This document shows positions 44,807 to 55,079 of a DNA stretch of 64,000 nt, piece after piece. The first letter of the stretch is position 1. Each line of letters opens with the position of its first letter. The stretch covers positions 53,141 to 117,140 of the forward strand of contig CAZDQG010000006.1 in assembly GCA_964507535.1 (NCBI GenBank), given 5' to 3'. The notes below the pieces were generated by a model. That model did no database searches. It was not told where the DNA came from and saw nothing but the letters and a program-made list of their open reading frames with translations. The DNA comes from an uncultured Saprospiraceae bacterium (lineage in GTDB: Bacteria > Bacteroidota > Bacteroidia > Chitinophagales > Saprospiraceae). The translations under genes were made by a program, and so were the position numbers.

Positions 44807-47800
44807 ATGTTAGGATTATTAAAAAAGATATTTGGTACCAAGCAAGATAAGGATGTACAATCCTATCTTCCACGGGTTGAGCATATTAACCGATTTTCTG
44901 AAGAATACAAGCTTTTAGACAATGATGCTCTGCGGAATAAGACTTTGGAATTTCGCTCCAGGTTGAAGCAAGCACTTTCGGGAATTGACCAGGAAATTCA
45001 GGATTTAAGGAACAGAGCTGAAGAGCTTGAAGATGTATTTGAAAAAGAGGACATCTACAATGAAATTGATGTACGCATTAAGGAGCGGGATACGCAAATA
45101 GAAGATGTACTGCATGAACTCCTTCCTGAGGCCTTTGCAGTTGTAAAGGAAACGGCACGAAGATTTACTGAAAATGCTGCGCTTAAAGTAAAGGCTACAC
45201 AGCATGACCGTGATTTGGCGGTTGGAAAGTCATACATCACATTGGAAGACGAATACGCGTATTATGCCAATAGCTGGGTGGCGGCTGGGGGACCGGTACA
45301 ATGGAATATGGTCCATTACGATGTCCAGCTTATTGGGGGTATGGTTTTACACGACGGAAAAATTGCTGAGATGGCGACCGGTGAAGGAAAAACCCTAGTT
45401 GCAACGCTTCCTGCATATTTGAATGGGCTAACGGGGGAAGGCGTACACATTGTTACGGTGAACGATTATTTGGCGCGAAGAGACAGTGAATGGGTAGGAC
45501 CTGTATTTGAATTTTTATTGCTTACGGTTGATTGTATTGACAAGTACAAGCCGCACTCACCCCAGCGCAAAAAAGCATATGAATGCGATATAACATACGG
45601 GACCAATAACGAATTTGGTTTCGATTACCTAAGAGACAATATGGTGCGTTCGGTAGATGAAAAAGTGCAAGCGAAGCACCACTATGCCATGGTCGATGAG
45701 GTTGATAGTGTTTTGATTGATGATGCACGAACCCCTTTAATTATCTCCGGACCTGTTGATGTAGACGAGGAAAGTGAAGAATACAATGTATTAAAACCAA
45801 AAGTGGAACGTCTGATCAACGAGCAGCGAAGGCTCGCAAATCAGTTTCTTACAGATGCAAGAAGATTGATTTCAGAGGGTTCTTCAGGAAATCAGGAAGG
45901 AGAAGGTGGTTTGGCGCTTTTCAGGTCTTATCGTGCTATGCCGAAGTCCAGACCCCTTATCAAATATTTAAGTGAGGATGGTATACGGAATATTCTTCAA
46001 AAAACGGAGAACTTCTATATGCAGGAGCAATCAAAAAACATGCGTGTTGCGGATGAGCCCTTGCTTTTTAATATAGATGAAAAAAACCGTCAAGTCGAAC
46101 TTACGACATTAGGTATTGATTTCCTTTCAAAGGGAGAGTCTGACAATAACTTTTTCATTATCCCGGATCTTTCTGCTGAAATCCATCTCATAGAAAACAA
46201 TTCAGAACTTAGCAAAGAGGAGCAAGTCAAACAGAAAGAAAAAATCCTGGAAGACTATTCCACGAAATCAAAGAGGTTGCATTGTGTAAGTCAGCTATTA
46301 AAAGCGTATGCATTATTTGAAATTGATGAAGATTATGTAGTCATTGACGGGCATGTAAAAATTGTGGATGAAGGAACGGGACGTCTTCTTGAAGGAAGGA
46401 GATATTCTGATGGTTTACACCAAGCGATTGAAGCGAAGGAAAACGTGAAAGTTGGTGAATTGACACAGACATACGCAACGATTACTTTGCAAAATTATTT
46501 CCGGATGTACCACAAACTGGCTGGTATGACCGGTACTGCTGAAACGGAGGCAGGGGAATTCTGGCAGATATATAAATTGGATGTGGTCGTAATTCCAACA
46601 AATAAGAATATTGTCCGTGATGACCGTGATGACCTGGTATACAAAACAGCCCGTGAAAAATTTAATGCAGTAATAGATGAAATTTCTGACCTTACCTCCA
46701 AGGGGCGTCCGGTTTTGGTGGGAACGACTTCAGTTGATATTTCGGAAAAATTAAGCCGCATGCTGCAGTTGCGAGGAATTCAGCACAATGTATTAAATGC
46801 AAAGCAACATCAGAGGGAGGCAGAAATAGTTGCTGAAGCAGGAAAGCCAGGAAAGGTGACGATTGCAACAAATATGGCTGGTAGGGGAACCGATATAAAA
46901 ATTTCTGATGAAGTTAAAAAGGCAGGTGGTTTAGCGATCATAGGCACAGAGCGTCATGAAAGCCGGCGTGTGGACAGGCAGTTGCGTGGTCGTGCGGGAC
47001 GACAGGGAGATCCAGGTTCCAGTCAGTTTTTCGTCTCTTTTGAGGACAATCTGATGCGCTTGTTTAATTCCGACCGCATTACAACGATCATGGATAAGCT
47101 TGGGCATAAAGAGGGGGAAGTTTTGCAACATTCCATGGTTACAAAATCGATTGAACGTGCACAAAAGAAAGTAGAAGAAAACAATTTTGGAATTCGCAAA
47201 CGTCTGTTGGAATATGACGACGTTATGAACATTCAGCGTGGTGCCATATATAAGAAGAGAAACCATGCTCTTTATGGTGATCGTTTGACGGTGGACTTGA
47301 GTTACATGTTTCATTCCACAATTGAGAATCTCGTTGCCAAACATAAGGCCAGTCAGGATTTTGAAGGCTTTGAATTGGATGTAATTAGTACTTTAGGTCT
47401 TGAACCTTTAATGGATGCATCCACATTTAATGAATCACCAGAGCATGAAATTGTCCGCATACTTCACCAACAGTTCCTTGAAACATACCACCGCAAGGAC
47501 GAACAAATGCGAGAAGTTTTACTGCCTTTAATTAAGAATGTAAAGCAAAATGAAGGCACAAAGTATCAACGTGTTGCGATTCCTGTTTCAGATGGGCATT
47601 CGGAACCACTTCCGATTGGGGTTGAAATAGACTTGGCGCTGAAATCCAATGGAGCAAGTATTCTTAAGGATGTTGAAAAAACAATTGCTCTTCAAAAACT
47701 TGATAATAACTGGAAGGAACATCTCCGAAATATGGATGAATTAAAGGAGTCCGTCCAGGCAGCAAGTTTCGAACAAAAAGATCCGTTGGTGATTTATAAA

Positions 47801-48109
47801 TTAGAGGCGTATAAATTATTTGAACAACTTGTTCATAACATGAACCAGGAGGTAACCTCTTATCTCTCAAAAGCAAGGATACTTTTTACGGCGGAACAGG
47901 AGGTGTCAGAAGCGAAGGCACAACGGACGGATTACAGCAAGACGAGAACAAGCCGCGCAGAAGATAATCAACGAAGAGCTGCAGAATCTGCAGGACAGCA
48001 GGAGTCAGCCAGGCAGGAAACCATACGCAATGCAGGCCCAAAGGTGGGAAGGAATGATCCATGTCCATGTGGCAGCGGAAAAAAATTCAAAAATTGTCAT
48101 GGGGTTTAA
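44807..48109 (+). CDS. secA: Preprotein translocase ATPase SecA
   Basis: Canonical N-terminus [10 protein letters not shown]. Walker [18 protein letters not shown]-like [33 protein letters not shown]-terminal zinc finger [14 protein letters not shown]. Confidence 0.97.
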   Translation: MLGLLKKIFGTKQDKDVQSYLPRVEHINRFSEEYKLLDNDALRNKTLEFRSRLKQALSGIDQEIQDLRNRAEELEDVFEKEDIYNEIDVRIKERDTQIEDVLHELLPEAFAVVKETARRFTENAALKVKATQHDRDLAVGKSYITLEDEYAYYANSWVAAGGPVQWNMVHYDVQLIGGMVLHDGKIAEMATGEGKTLVATLPAYLNGLTGEGVHIVTVNDYLARRDSEWVGPVFEFLLLTVDCIDKYKPHSPQRKKAYECDITYGTNNEFGFDYLRDNMVRSVDEKVQAKHHYAMVDEVDSVLIDDARTPLIISGPVDVDEESEEYNVLKPKVERLINEQRRLANQFLTDARRLISEGSSGNQEGEGGLALFRSYRAMPKSRPLIKYLSEDGIRNILQKTENFYMQEQSKNMRVADEPLLFNIDEKNRQVELTTLGIDFLSKGESDNNFFIIPDLSAEIHLIENNSELSKEEQVKQKEKILEDYSTKSKRLHCVSQLLKAYALFEIDEDYVVIDGHVKIVDEGTGRLLEGRRYSDGLHQAIEAKENVKVGELTQTYATITLQNYFRMYHKLAGMTGTAETEAGEFWQIYKLDVVVIPTNKNIVRDDRDDLVYKTAREKFNAVIDEISDLTSKGRPVLVGTTSVDISEKLSRMLQLRGIQHNVLNAKQHQREAEIVAEAGKPGKVTIATNMAGRGTDIKISDEVKKAGGLAIIGTERHESRRVDRQLRGRAGRQGDPGSSQFFVSFEDNLMRLFNSDRITTIMDKLGHKEGEVLQHSMVTKSIERAQKKVEENNFGIRKRLLEYDDVMNIQRGAIYKKRNHALYGDRLTVDLSYMFHSTIENLVAKHKASQDFEGFELDVISTLGLEPLMDASTFNESPEHEIVRILHQQFLETYHRKDEQMREVLLPLIKNVKQNEGTKYQRVAIPVSDGHSEPLPIGVEIDLALKSNGASILKDVEKTIALQKLDNNWKEHLRNMDELKESVQAASFEQKDPLVIYKLEAYKLFEQLVHNMNQEVTSYLSKARILFTAEQEVSEAKAQRTDYSKTRTSRAEDNQRRAAESAGQQESARQETIRNAGPKVGRNDPCPCGSGKKFKNCHGV

Positions 48110-48503
48110 AAAATACAATACCATAAGGCAAATCATTTTTGGCTTTTTGTTTATTCTATTTCAAAACAGCGCACAGGGCCAGGTTGAAATCAGTGAAGAT
48201 CCTTCCATCACGAGGATTATGGATCAATATATTCAGGATAATAAAGCTATAAGTCATATAACGGGATGGAGAATATCTGTCATTACGACAACAGATCGAC
48301 GACTTATGGAGCAAACGCGGATAAAATTCAAGGAGCAGTTTTCTTCTTTAAAAACCAAATGGGAGTATAAAGAACCGTATTATTATTTAAAGGCAGGCGC
48401 ATTTCTTACTAGGGTGGAAGCCCTTTCCTTTTTTGAACAGGTAAAAGAAAAATTTCCTACCGCATTTCTGAGCATTGACAAGCTGACCTACGACGAGTTA
48501 TAG
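48099..48503 (+). CDS. SPOR-like domain protein (peptidoglycan-binding), exported
   Basis: Start taken at MGFKKY (48099), overlapping the secA end by 11 nt. Signal or anchor [17 protein letters not shown]-terminal [10 protein letters not shown]...[31 protein letters not shown] resembles the SPOR fold pattern. Confidence 0.55.
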   Translation: MGFKKYNTIRQIIFGFLFILFQNSAQGQVEISEDPSITRIMDQYIQDNKAISHITGWRISVITTTDRRLMEQTRIKFKEQFSSLKTKWEYKEPYYYLKAGAFLTRVEALSFFEQVKEKFPTAFLSIDKLTYDEL

Positions 48504-48507
48504 TTTC

Positions 48508-49896
48508 ATGCTCCGCACAAGTAAAGTTGGATATTATGATTGGATCAGCATCGGAATATTTCTGAGTCTGCTTATTGTAGGATGGCTTGCCATTTATTCA
48601 GTAACGTACAATGAAAATTCCAATACAGACTTTCTAGATTTGTCTGTTCCAATTACAAAGCAAACGATTTATATTCTGGTTGCTATCCTGCTTTTTATTA
48701 TCACGCAATTTATTTCTGAAAAATTTTGGCACACATTTGCCTATCTGATATATGGTCTGGGTTTATTGCTTCTTTTATTGGTGTTGATATTTGGCACAGA
48801 GACAAAGGGCGCGAAAGCCTGGTTTAATTTGGGCGGTTTTTCTTTTCAACCAGTGGAAATTGCAAAGTTTGGTACTGCTTTGGCGCTTTCCTCGTTTATG
48901 AGTTACTATAAGACAAATATGAGAAAAGTCAACTACCAGTTGATTTCATTTGCTATCATATTTGCTCCAATTATGCTTATACTTTTACAACCGGATGCAG
49001 GATCTGCGTTGGTTTTTTTGTCATTTTTTATAATGCTATTTGTTGAAGGACTTAATGAAGCTTATTATGTCATCGGAATCTTGCTGCTCGTAGTATTTGT
49101 CTGTGCATTGATGTATCCATTGACACACATACTTGCTGGACTTTTGATTCTTGGCATTGTTGTCAGTTGGTTTTATGCAAGAAAATTCAAATATAAAAAC
49201 CTTACATTTATTTCGCTGACTTCACTGATTCTTGCTGCAGCTTATTTTTTTAACGTAGAGCAACTGTTGTTTTTTTGTTCCGGTGTTTTTTTAGTATCGC
49301 TCATCTATTTGTGGAAATCAAGGGAAGAGCGGTTGTCCATTGTATTGCCGGTAAGTATAGGATTTTTATCTTTATTTGCATATTCTGGTTTTACTTTTTT
49401 CAATGGATTAGAGCCACATCAACAGGAGCGGATTAAAGTATGGCTTAAGCCAGAAGAATGCGATCCGAGAGGTTCGTTGTATAATATTTTACAATCTAAA
49501 GTTGCTATTGGTGCAGGTGGATTTAGCGGAAAGGGCTTGCTAAACGGGAACATGACCAAATTGAAATTTGTACCCGAACAATCAACAGATTTTATTTTTA
49601 GTTCGATAGGAGAAGAGCATGGATTTATCGGGACTCTTACCGTGATTGTTTTATTTTTTGCTTTGATCTACCGGATTGTCAGGATGAGCGAACAATCGAC
49701 ACGAAAATTCTTTTCATGCTATGCCATGTGCATTGCTGGTTTATTGTTTTTTCATGTCCTTATTAACATAGGAATGACGATGGGTCTCGTTCCCATTATT
49801 GGAATACCGCTTCCTTTTATCAGCAAGGGCGGATCCGCACTTATTGGATTTTCAATCATGCTGGGTGTTATGCTTAAAATGCAAAACAAAGGGTAA
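48508..49896 (+). CDS. rodA: SEDS-family peptidoglycan glycosyltransferase (RodA/FtsW family)
   Basis: 462-aa polytopic ORF. GAKAWFNLGGFSFQPVEIAKF, LQPDAGSAL, RIKVWLKPEECDPRGSLYNILQSKVAIGAGGFSGKG, PEQSTDFIFSSIGEEHGF, PLPFISKGGSA. Not in a dcw cluster, hence RodA rather than FtsW (tentative). Confidence 0.8.
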   Translation: MLRTSKVGYYDWISIGIFLSLLIVGWLAIYSVTYNENSNTDFLDLSVPITKQTIYILVAILLFIITQFISEKFWHTFAYLIYGLGLLLLLLVLIFGTETKGAKAWFNLGGFSFQPVEIAKFGTALALSSFMSYYKTNMRKVNYQLISFAIIFAPIMLILLQPDAGSALVFLSFFIMLFVEGLNEAYYVIGILLLVVFVCALMYPLTHILAGLLILGIVVSWFYARKFKYKNLTFISLTSLILAAAYFFNVEQLLFFCSGVFLVSLIYLWKSREERLSIVLPVSIGFLSLFAYSGFTFFNGLEPHQQERIKVWLKPEECDPRGSLYNILQSKVAIGAGGFSGKGLLNGNMTKLKFVPEQSTDFIFSSIGEEHGFIGTLTVIVLFFALIYRIVRMSEQSTRKFFSCYAMCIAGLLFFHVLINIGMTMGLVPIIGIPLPFISKGGSALIGFSIMLGVMLKMQNKG

Positions 49897-51033
49897 ATGG
49901 CAATATCATTTGAATTGCTTCATACGGATGCTAAAAGTTCTGCGCGCTGTGGCCAACTGGTTACAGAACACGGCACAATAAAAACACCAGTTTTTATGCC
50001 TGTTGGAACAGCTGGTACTGTAAAGGCGATCCATAAGAAAGAATTGAAAGAGGATATAAAGGCTTCCATCTTTTTAGGAAACACCTATCATTTATATATG
50101 CGGCCCGGGATGGATACAATAGAACATGCGGGAGGATTGCATCGTTTTGTAAACTGGGATGGAGCCTTTTTAACAGATAGTGGAGGATATCAGATTTTTT
50201 CGTTGAATGAAAGAAGAAAGATCAGGGAAGATGGTGTTGTATTTCATTCGCATATTGATGGATCAAAGCATTTTTTTTCGCCTGAAAATGTAGTTGATAT
50301 ACAGAGAGGTCTGGGCTCAGACATTATGATGGCCCTGGACGAATGTCCGCCTTATCCATGTGATTACAGATATGCAAAAAAATCAATGCATCTGACACAC
50401 AAGTGGTTGGAGCAAGGTATCTCTCAATTTGAAAAAACTGTAAAGCGGTACGAACATGAGCAGTGTTTTGTTCCAATCTGTCAGGGTTCAGTTTACGATG
50501 AGCTACGTGCCCAATCTTTGGAGTTTATTCAACAATACAGGAATCCGGTTTACGCGATTGGAGGATTGTCAGTAGGTGAGCCTGAACATGATTTGTTGCG
50601 ACTTGTGGAACTTTCAGGACGGATGTTGCCGGAAAAAAGTGCCCGTTATCTGATGGGCGTGGGAACTCCAAAGAACATATTGGATGCTGTAGAGCGGGGA
50701 ATTGATATGTTTGATTGTGTGTTACCCAGCAGGAATGCGAGACATGGAATCATTTACACGTCTTCAGGGATCCTTCACATTAAAAATGCCATTTGGAAAG
50801 AAGACATAAGCCCTATAGATGATGCAATAGGAATCGAGACCAGCAAGCAGCACAGCAAAGCATACCTGAGGCATTTATTTCTTTCAAAAGAAATTCTTGC
50901 AGCCCAGATAGCAACCCTTCAAAATCTGCGTTTTTATCATTGGCTTATGGAGGAAGCCCGAACTCAGATAATGAAAGACAGGTATACAGAATGGAAAAAT
51001 GAGATCCTACCAGTCATAACAAAAAAACTGTAA
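49897..51033 (+). CDS. tgt: Queuine tRNA-ribosyltransferase
   Basis: 378-aa ORF. TPVFMPVGTAGTVKA, LTDSGGYQIFSL, MALDEC, GLSVGEP, zinc-site region CVLPSRNARHG. Confidence 0.95.
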   Translation: MAISFELLHTDAKSSARCGQLVTEHGTIKTPVFMPVGTAGTVKAIHKKELKEDIKASIFLGNTYHLYMRPGMDTIEHAGGLHRFVNWDGAFLTDSGGYQIFSLNERRKIREDGVVFHSHIDGSKHFFSPENVVDIQRGLGSDIMMALDECPPYPCDYRYAKKSMHLTHKWLEQGISQFEKTVKRYEHEQCFVPICQGSVYDELRAQSLEFIQQYRNPVYAIGGLSVGEPEHDLLRLVELSGRMLPEKSARYLMGVGTPKNILDAVERGIDMFDCVLPSRNARHGIIYTSSGILHIKNAIWKEDISPIDDAIGIETSKQHSKAYLRHLFLSKEILAAQIATLQNLRFYHWLMEEARTQIMKDRYTEWKNEILPVITKKL

Positions 51034-52137
51034 TTGAAAGCATACTTTGCGATACGGGTCATTGACAGATATATTATTGGAAAATATGTCAAGACCTTTT
51101 TATTCGTGATGCTTTTGTTTTCTTTGGTTTCAGTTGTGTTTGATTTAAGTGAACGCATTGAAAAATTTTTATCAAAGGACCTTGGGGCATGGTATATAAT
51201 TAAGGAGTACTATTTCAATTTTCTTCCCTGGATTAATTCCCTTTTATTTCCACTTTACTCGTTGATTACCGTTATTTTTTTTACTTCCCGGATGGCAGGT
51301 CAAACGGAAATCATTCCCATGCTCACATCAGGAATTTCGTTTGGAAGAATTCTTAGACCATTTCTAATTGCCGGAGCTTTGTTTACTGGAATTCATTTGA
51401 TTGGCAATCATTTTTTCATACCGAAGTCGAGCAGAACGCTCAGAGAATTCGACAATAAATACATAAAACCAGGAAATATCAAGACCAGGGATCGCAATAT
51501 ACATTTGTTTGTTGCACCTGATGTGGCTGCTTTTATAAGATATTACCAAAATGCAGACAGCAGTGGTATAGATTTTCAAATGGAACGTTTTGAAGGAGAA
51601 AAGATCGCACAGATTCTTAAGGCCCGAGGAATTAAATGGAAAGAGGAACCAAATACATGGACTTTAAGAGATTATGAGATCCGGACGTTTGGGGATAGTT
51701 CAGAATCCTTATTAATTAAAAGAGGGGAGCAAATTGACAGCAGTATTCATCTATTGCCGTCAGATTTTATTTTTATTTCCAACCAGAAGGATATGATGAC
51801 AACTTCTGAGCTTCGAAAGTTTATTAAAAGAGAAACACAAAAAGGATCCGGTATTACGAGATCTTTTGAAGTAGAGATGCAGCGACGGACGGCGGATCCT
51901 TTTACAACGCTGATTCTTAGTTTTATTGGAGCCTGTGTAGCGAGCAGGAAGGTGCGGGGAGGCATGGGACTTCATTTGGCGGCAGGTGTGATAATTGGAG
52001 TCAGCTATATATTTCTAAGTAAGATGTCGCAGGTTTTTGCGACCAATGAGATGATGCCGCCTATTGTGGCGGTATGGATACCGAATTTGATCTTTTTATG
52101 CCTTGGATTTTTCCTTTTGAAAAAGGCTCAACAGTGA
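51034..52137 (+). CDS. LptF/LptG-family (YjgP/YjgQ) LPS export permease
   Basis: 367-aa ORF with TTG start immediately after the tgt stop. N-terminal IDRYIIGKYVKTFLFVML. Three TM helices, a periplasmic beta-jellyroll-size loop, then three TM helices. Confidence 0.8.
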   Translation: MKAYFAIRVIDRYIIGKYVKTFLFVMLLFSLVSVVFDLSERIEKFLSKDLGAWYIIKEYYFNFLPWINSLLFPLYSLITVIFFTSRMAGQTEIIPMLTSGISFGRILRPFLIAGALFTGIHLIGNHFFIPKSSRTLREFDNKYIKPGNIKTRDRNIHLFVAPDVAAFIRYYQNADSSGIDFQMERFEGEKIAQILKARGIKWKEEPNTWTLRDYEIRTFGDSSESLLIKRGEQIDSSIHLLPSDFIFISNQKDMMTTSELRKFIKRETQKGSGITRSFEVEMQRRTADPFTTLILSFIGACVASRKVRGGMGLHLAAGVIIGVSYIFLSKMSQVFATNEMMPPIVAVWIPNLIFLCLGFFLLKKAQQ

Positions 52138-52282
52138 TCTGATCAAAAATAAATGAACAGACATAAAAAATTTAAAAATGATAAATAGCTGAAATACAGC
52201 GAAATATAAAATTAATAGCAGGTTTAAAATTTATTTAACACATTTTGTCTAATTTTTCCTTGCTAATAATTAAACAGAATAA

Positions 52283-52290
52283 TACATTTG
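52283..52290 (+). promoter_or_regulatory. TAnnTTTG -7 element upstream of the orphan ECF sigma gene
   Basis: TACATTTG lies 15 nt upstream of the ATG at 52306. The TTG start used by the ORF track (52288) is part of this motif. Confidence 0.35.
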
Positions 52291-52305
52291 AGGAAAATAT
52301 GCACC

Positions 52306-52842
52306 ATGTCAACGCTAGAGTTCTATAATCTACTGGATAAGCAAACCCAGACCCTTCAAAATTATGCTTTCAGCCTGACCAGGGATGAAGAGGATGCAAA
52401 AGATCTTTGTCAAGAGACAGCATACCGTGCTTTATCAAATAAAGATAAGTTTCAGGCGGGTACCAATTTTAAGGCCTGGTTGATAACAATCATGAAGAAT
52501 ATCTTCATTAACAATTACAGAAGGAAGGTAAAGGGAGGTATTATCAACGACAACAGCGAAAACCAGTATTACCTGAATTCACTGAATAATTCAGTTGGAA
52601 ACAAAGCGGATTCCAATATCATGATGAATGAATTAAATGGGATGGTAGACAGTCTTGAAGACAGTTTGCGTGTTCCTTTTGTGAGATATTACCATGGTTT
52701 CAAATACCAGGAAATTGCAGATGAACTGAAGTTGCCACTTGGCACCGTAAAAAGCAGGATCTTCTTTGCAAGAAAGGCTTTGAAAAATATGATAGGAAGT
52801 CAATATGGTATTTATGAAGATATCGCAGCAATGGAGAATTAA
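52306..52842 (+). CDS. ECF-type RNA polymerase sigma-70 family factor (no adjacent anti-sigma)
   Basis: Region 2 (AKDLCQETAYRALSNKDKF...AWLITIMKNIFINNYRRK) and region 4 (VPFVRYYHGFKYQEIADELKLPLGTVKSRIFFARKALK). Confidence 0.85.
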   Translation: MSTLEFYNLLDKQTQTLQNYAFSLTRDEEDAKDLCQETAYRALSNKDKFQAGTNFKAWLITIMKNIFINNYRRKVKGGIINDNSENQYYLNSLNNSVGNKADSNIMMNELNGMVDSLEDSLRVPFVRYYHGFKYQEIADELKLPLGTVKSRIFFARKALKNMIGSQYGIYEDIAAMEN

Positions 52843-52879
52843 AATGGGATTATATTAATTGAGTTAAGAACATGAAAAT

Positions 52880-52908
52880 AAAAAGGCCCTGGATCCAGGG
52901 CCTTTTTT
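52880..52908. terminator. Bidirectional intrinsic terminator between convergent genes
   Basis: AAAAGGCCCTGGA|TCCAGGGCCTTTT is a perfect palindrome flanked by an A-run and a T-run, between the stops at 52842 (+) and 52931 (-). Confidence 0.8.
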
Positions 52909-52930
52909 ATATAAGGAATTCAACCGTGTA

Positions 52931-55009
52931 TTAATTGACCACCATAACTTTCTGAAGGCCTTCCTCATTTTTACCTATGACTTTGATATAGTATAGACCA
53001 GGTATCCACGAGCTTGTATTTATAAACAGGGATTTTAGTTCTGTTTGCTGAGCGTGAATAATTTCTCCATTGGCATCAGCGACAAGTATTCTCAATACAT
53101 TGCTGTTTTCGAAGCTGCCCATGTCCAGGAAGAAATAATTCTTTGCAATACTTGGGCTTGCCTTTACTGATTTCAGTAAAACAGGATTGTCATTTGAGAC
53201 GATATAATTCAAGTCTGCATAGTTTGACTGAAGCACGGATTTATCAGATTCCTGCAACCAGGCGATCACTTCAAGATCATCAAATTCTTCAATGCTGTGT
53301 TCCGTTGCCAAATTTATAATATTGGCGGTTTGACCATCCAAAGGCAAGCGGTAAGAACCTGGAGCCGTCCAGCTTAAATTAAACGTTTTCGAACCACCCG
53401 CAGGTATAATTCCAGTTAATGTTCCATTTGGATCTGGAATCATTTTTTTCATCACGTGGGGGAATTCCGTTTCGCCGTTGGTTTTTACATTTTTATAGGT
53501 AACTTTTTCTGCCAGTGCAACCTGGAGTCTTGTCGTTGATGTGGTTGCAATGAGTGCATCCACAACCACCTTAATATCGATTTTTTGACCGGTTACGGTA
53601 CCAGAAGGTGTAATCCGGTGAAATGCAGGAATTGACTGGTAGCTCTCGAACGTACTGGTATTGTATCCATTTGGATTGATATTGGTCTTACCATCAAGAA
53701 TTGTTGCAGGAATGGCATTTATTCCACCATAGTAGGTACTGCGCGCCGCGCATTCTGTTGTATAATAGGGGTCACCTGTACCTGGAAAATAAAAGTGATA
53801 GGTCAGCTCTGACCACAGGTCTGGATATTGATTCAGCACACCATGCAATGTTTCATTTCCAGGTTTACAAGGAGGACATGTGGATGATGAAAAGTTCTCG
53901 TGAAGTAAGCGGCGGATAATTGATGAATCGTTTACGGTAATAACGCTACGGATGGTATCATCGGTGATTGCACTTGGTGTGGCATCGTTGATTTTACTTA
54001 TCCAGGATTTGATCGTATAAATACCTTGTGAGGGTACATTCAAAGCATCGGAATGCTGAAGCGTAAAGTTTGCTAGTGAAGCAATATTCAAATTATCCAC
54101 ATCATTTGTAAACACTGTTCCATCATTGACATTATAGCTGAGGCTTAATTTTGTAATTGGATCGGAGCCAATATTTTTAAATGTGCTGTTGAAAAAAATT
54201 GGAAATTGTTTTGTCTCGTAATATTTCCGCAGATCATGGCTAATGCCTATCACATCGTCTTCTGGTTGGACACCAAGTATAAATTCATAATAGCTGTTAT
54301 CATCCGGAAGGAAATTATTTTTGTTATCACTTTGCCAATCAGGTGATCCTTTAATTTGGACGGCATTATTTTGATCAACCTGAATTCCCAAAGTCAATTT
54401 GGTTTTATCGGTACAAACTGCACTATTGAATACACAATTTGTACGTTGATCAACTATGTAAATTTTATTTGTTGTTTCTTCAAGTACGATGGAAATATAA
54501 ATCCATCCAGCTTTTAGATTTTCCTCACTGAACGAGTTGTAGCTGATCCAATGCTGGCGATTAGGAGCTGTGCCAAAAGTCTTGGTTACGATATAGTCAT
54601 TTGCTGCACAACGCAAGCCCCAGACCACTATTGAACTGTCGGGAATGAGGGCGCTCGGCAGCGAAGCATTGTTTGAATCAACAACGGCTGAGGTTTTGGT
54701 ATCAAATGTCACTACGCCACTTGAGGATGCTTTGTATGAAGTGACAAGACTTCCATTAAATAGGAACCTGAATGGCAAGGTTCGAACAGCAGACCACGCC
54801 CCACTGAGCTGGGGACCAGTCATAATTGTGGTCCATCCTGTGGGAAGACCGCCGCCAGGAGGATATTCATTATCCTTGTTTAATGCACCCGGGTTTTGGT
54901 TGGCACCTAAATAGGGGGTATAATAATATTGGCTGATGCCAATATCTTGTAATAGAATCGTAAATAGGATCAGGTAGATGTATTTCATAACAGGTAGTTT
55001 AGTTAACAA
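52931..55009 (-). CDS. T9SS-secreted protein with thioredoxin-fold-like CPPC region, function unknown
   Basis: 692-aa ORF with signal peptide (possibly from MKYIYLILF at 54988). Central HENFSSSTCPPCKPGNETL (CxxC). C-terminal sorting domain ...WIPGLYYIKVIGKNEEGLQKVMVVN. Confidence 0.6.
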   Translation of the reverse strand: MLTKLPVMKYIYLILFTILLQDIGISQYYYTPYLGANQNPGALNKDNEYPPGGGLPTGWTTIMTGPQLSGAWSAVRTLPFRFLFNGSLVTSYKASSSGVVTFDTKTSAVVDSNNASLPSALIPDSSIVVWGLRCAANDYIVTKTFGTAPNRQHWISYNSFSEENLKAGWIYISIVLEETTNKIYIVDQRTNCVFNSAVCTDKTKLTLGIQVDQNNAVQIKGSPDWQSDNKNNFLPDDNSYYEFILGVQPEDDVIGISHDLRKYYETKQFPIFFNSTFKNIGSDPITKLSLSYNVNDGTVFTNDVDNLNIASLANFTLQHSDALNVPSQGIYTIKSWISKINDATPSAITDDTIRSVITVNDSSIIRRLLHENFSSSTCPPCKPGNETLHGVLNQYPDLWSELTYHFYFPGTGDPYYTTECAARSTYYGGINAIPATILDGKTNINPNGYNTSTFESYQSIPAFHRITPSGTVTGQKIDIKVVVDALIATTSTTRLQVALAEKVTYKNVKTNGETEFPHVMKKMIPDPNGTLTGIIPAGGSKTFNLSWTAPGSYRLPLDGQTANIINLATEHSIEEFDDLEVIAWLQESDKSVLQSNYADLNYIVSNDNPVLLKSVKASPSIAKNYFFLDMGSFENSNVLRILVADANGEIIHAQQTELKSLFINTSSWIPGLYYIKVIGKNEEGLQKVMVVN

Positions 55010-55079
55010 ACATAACCAGAAAATTTAACAAAAACAAGCTTCTTGGAAATGCGGTATGAAATTTTGAGCATGTAAAGTA

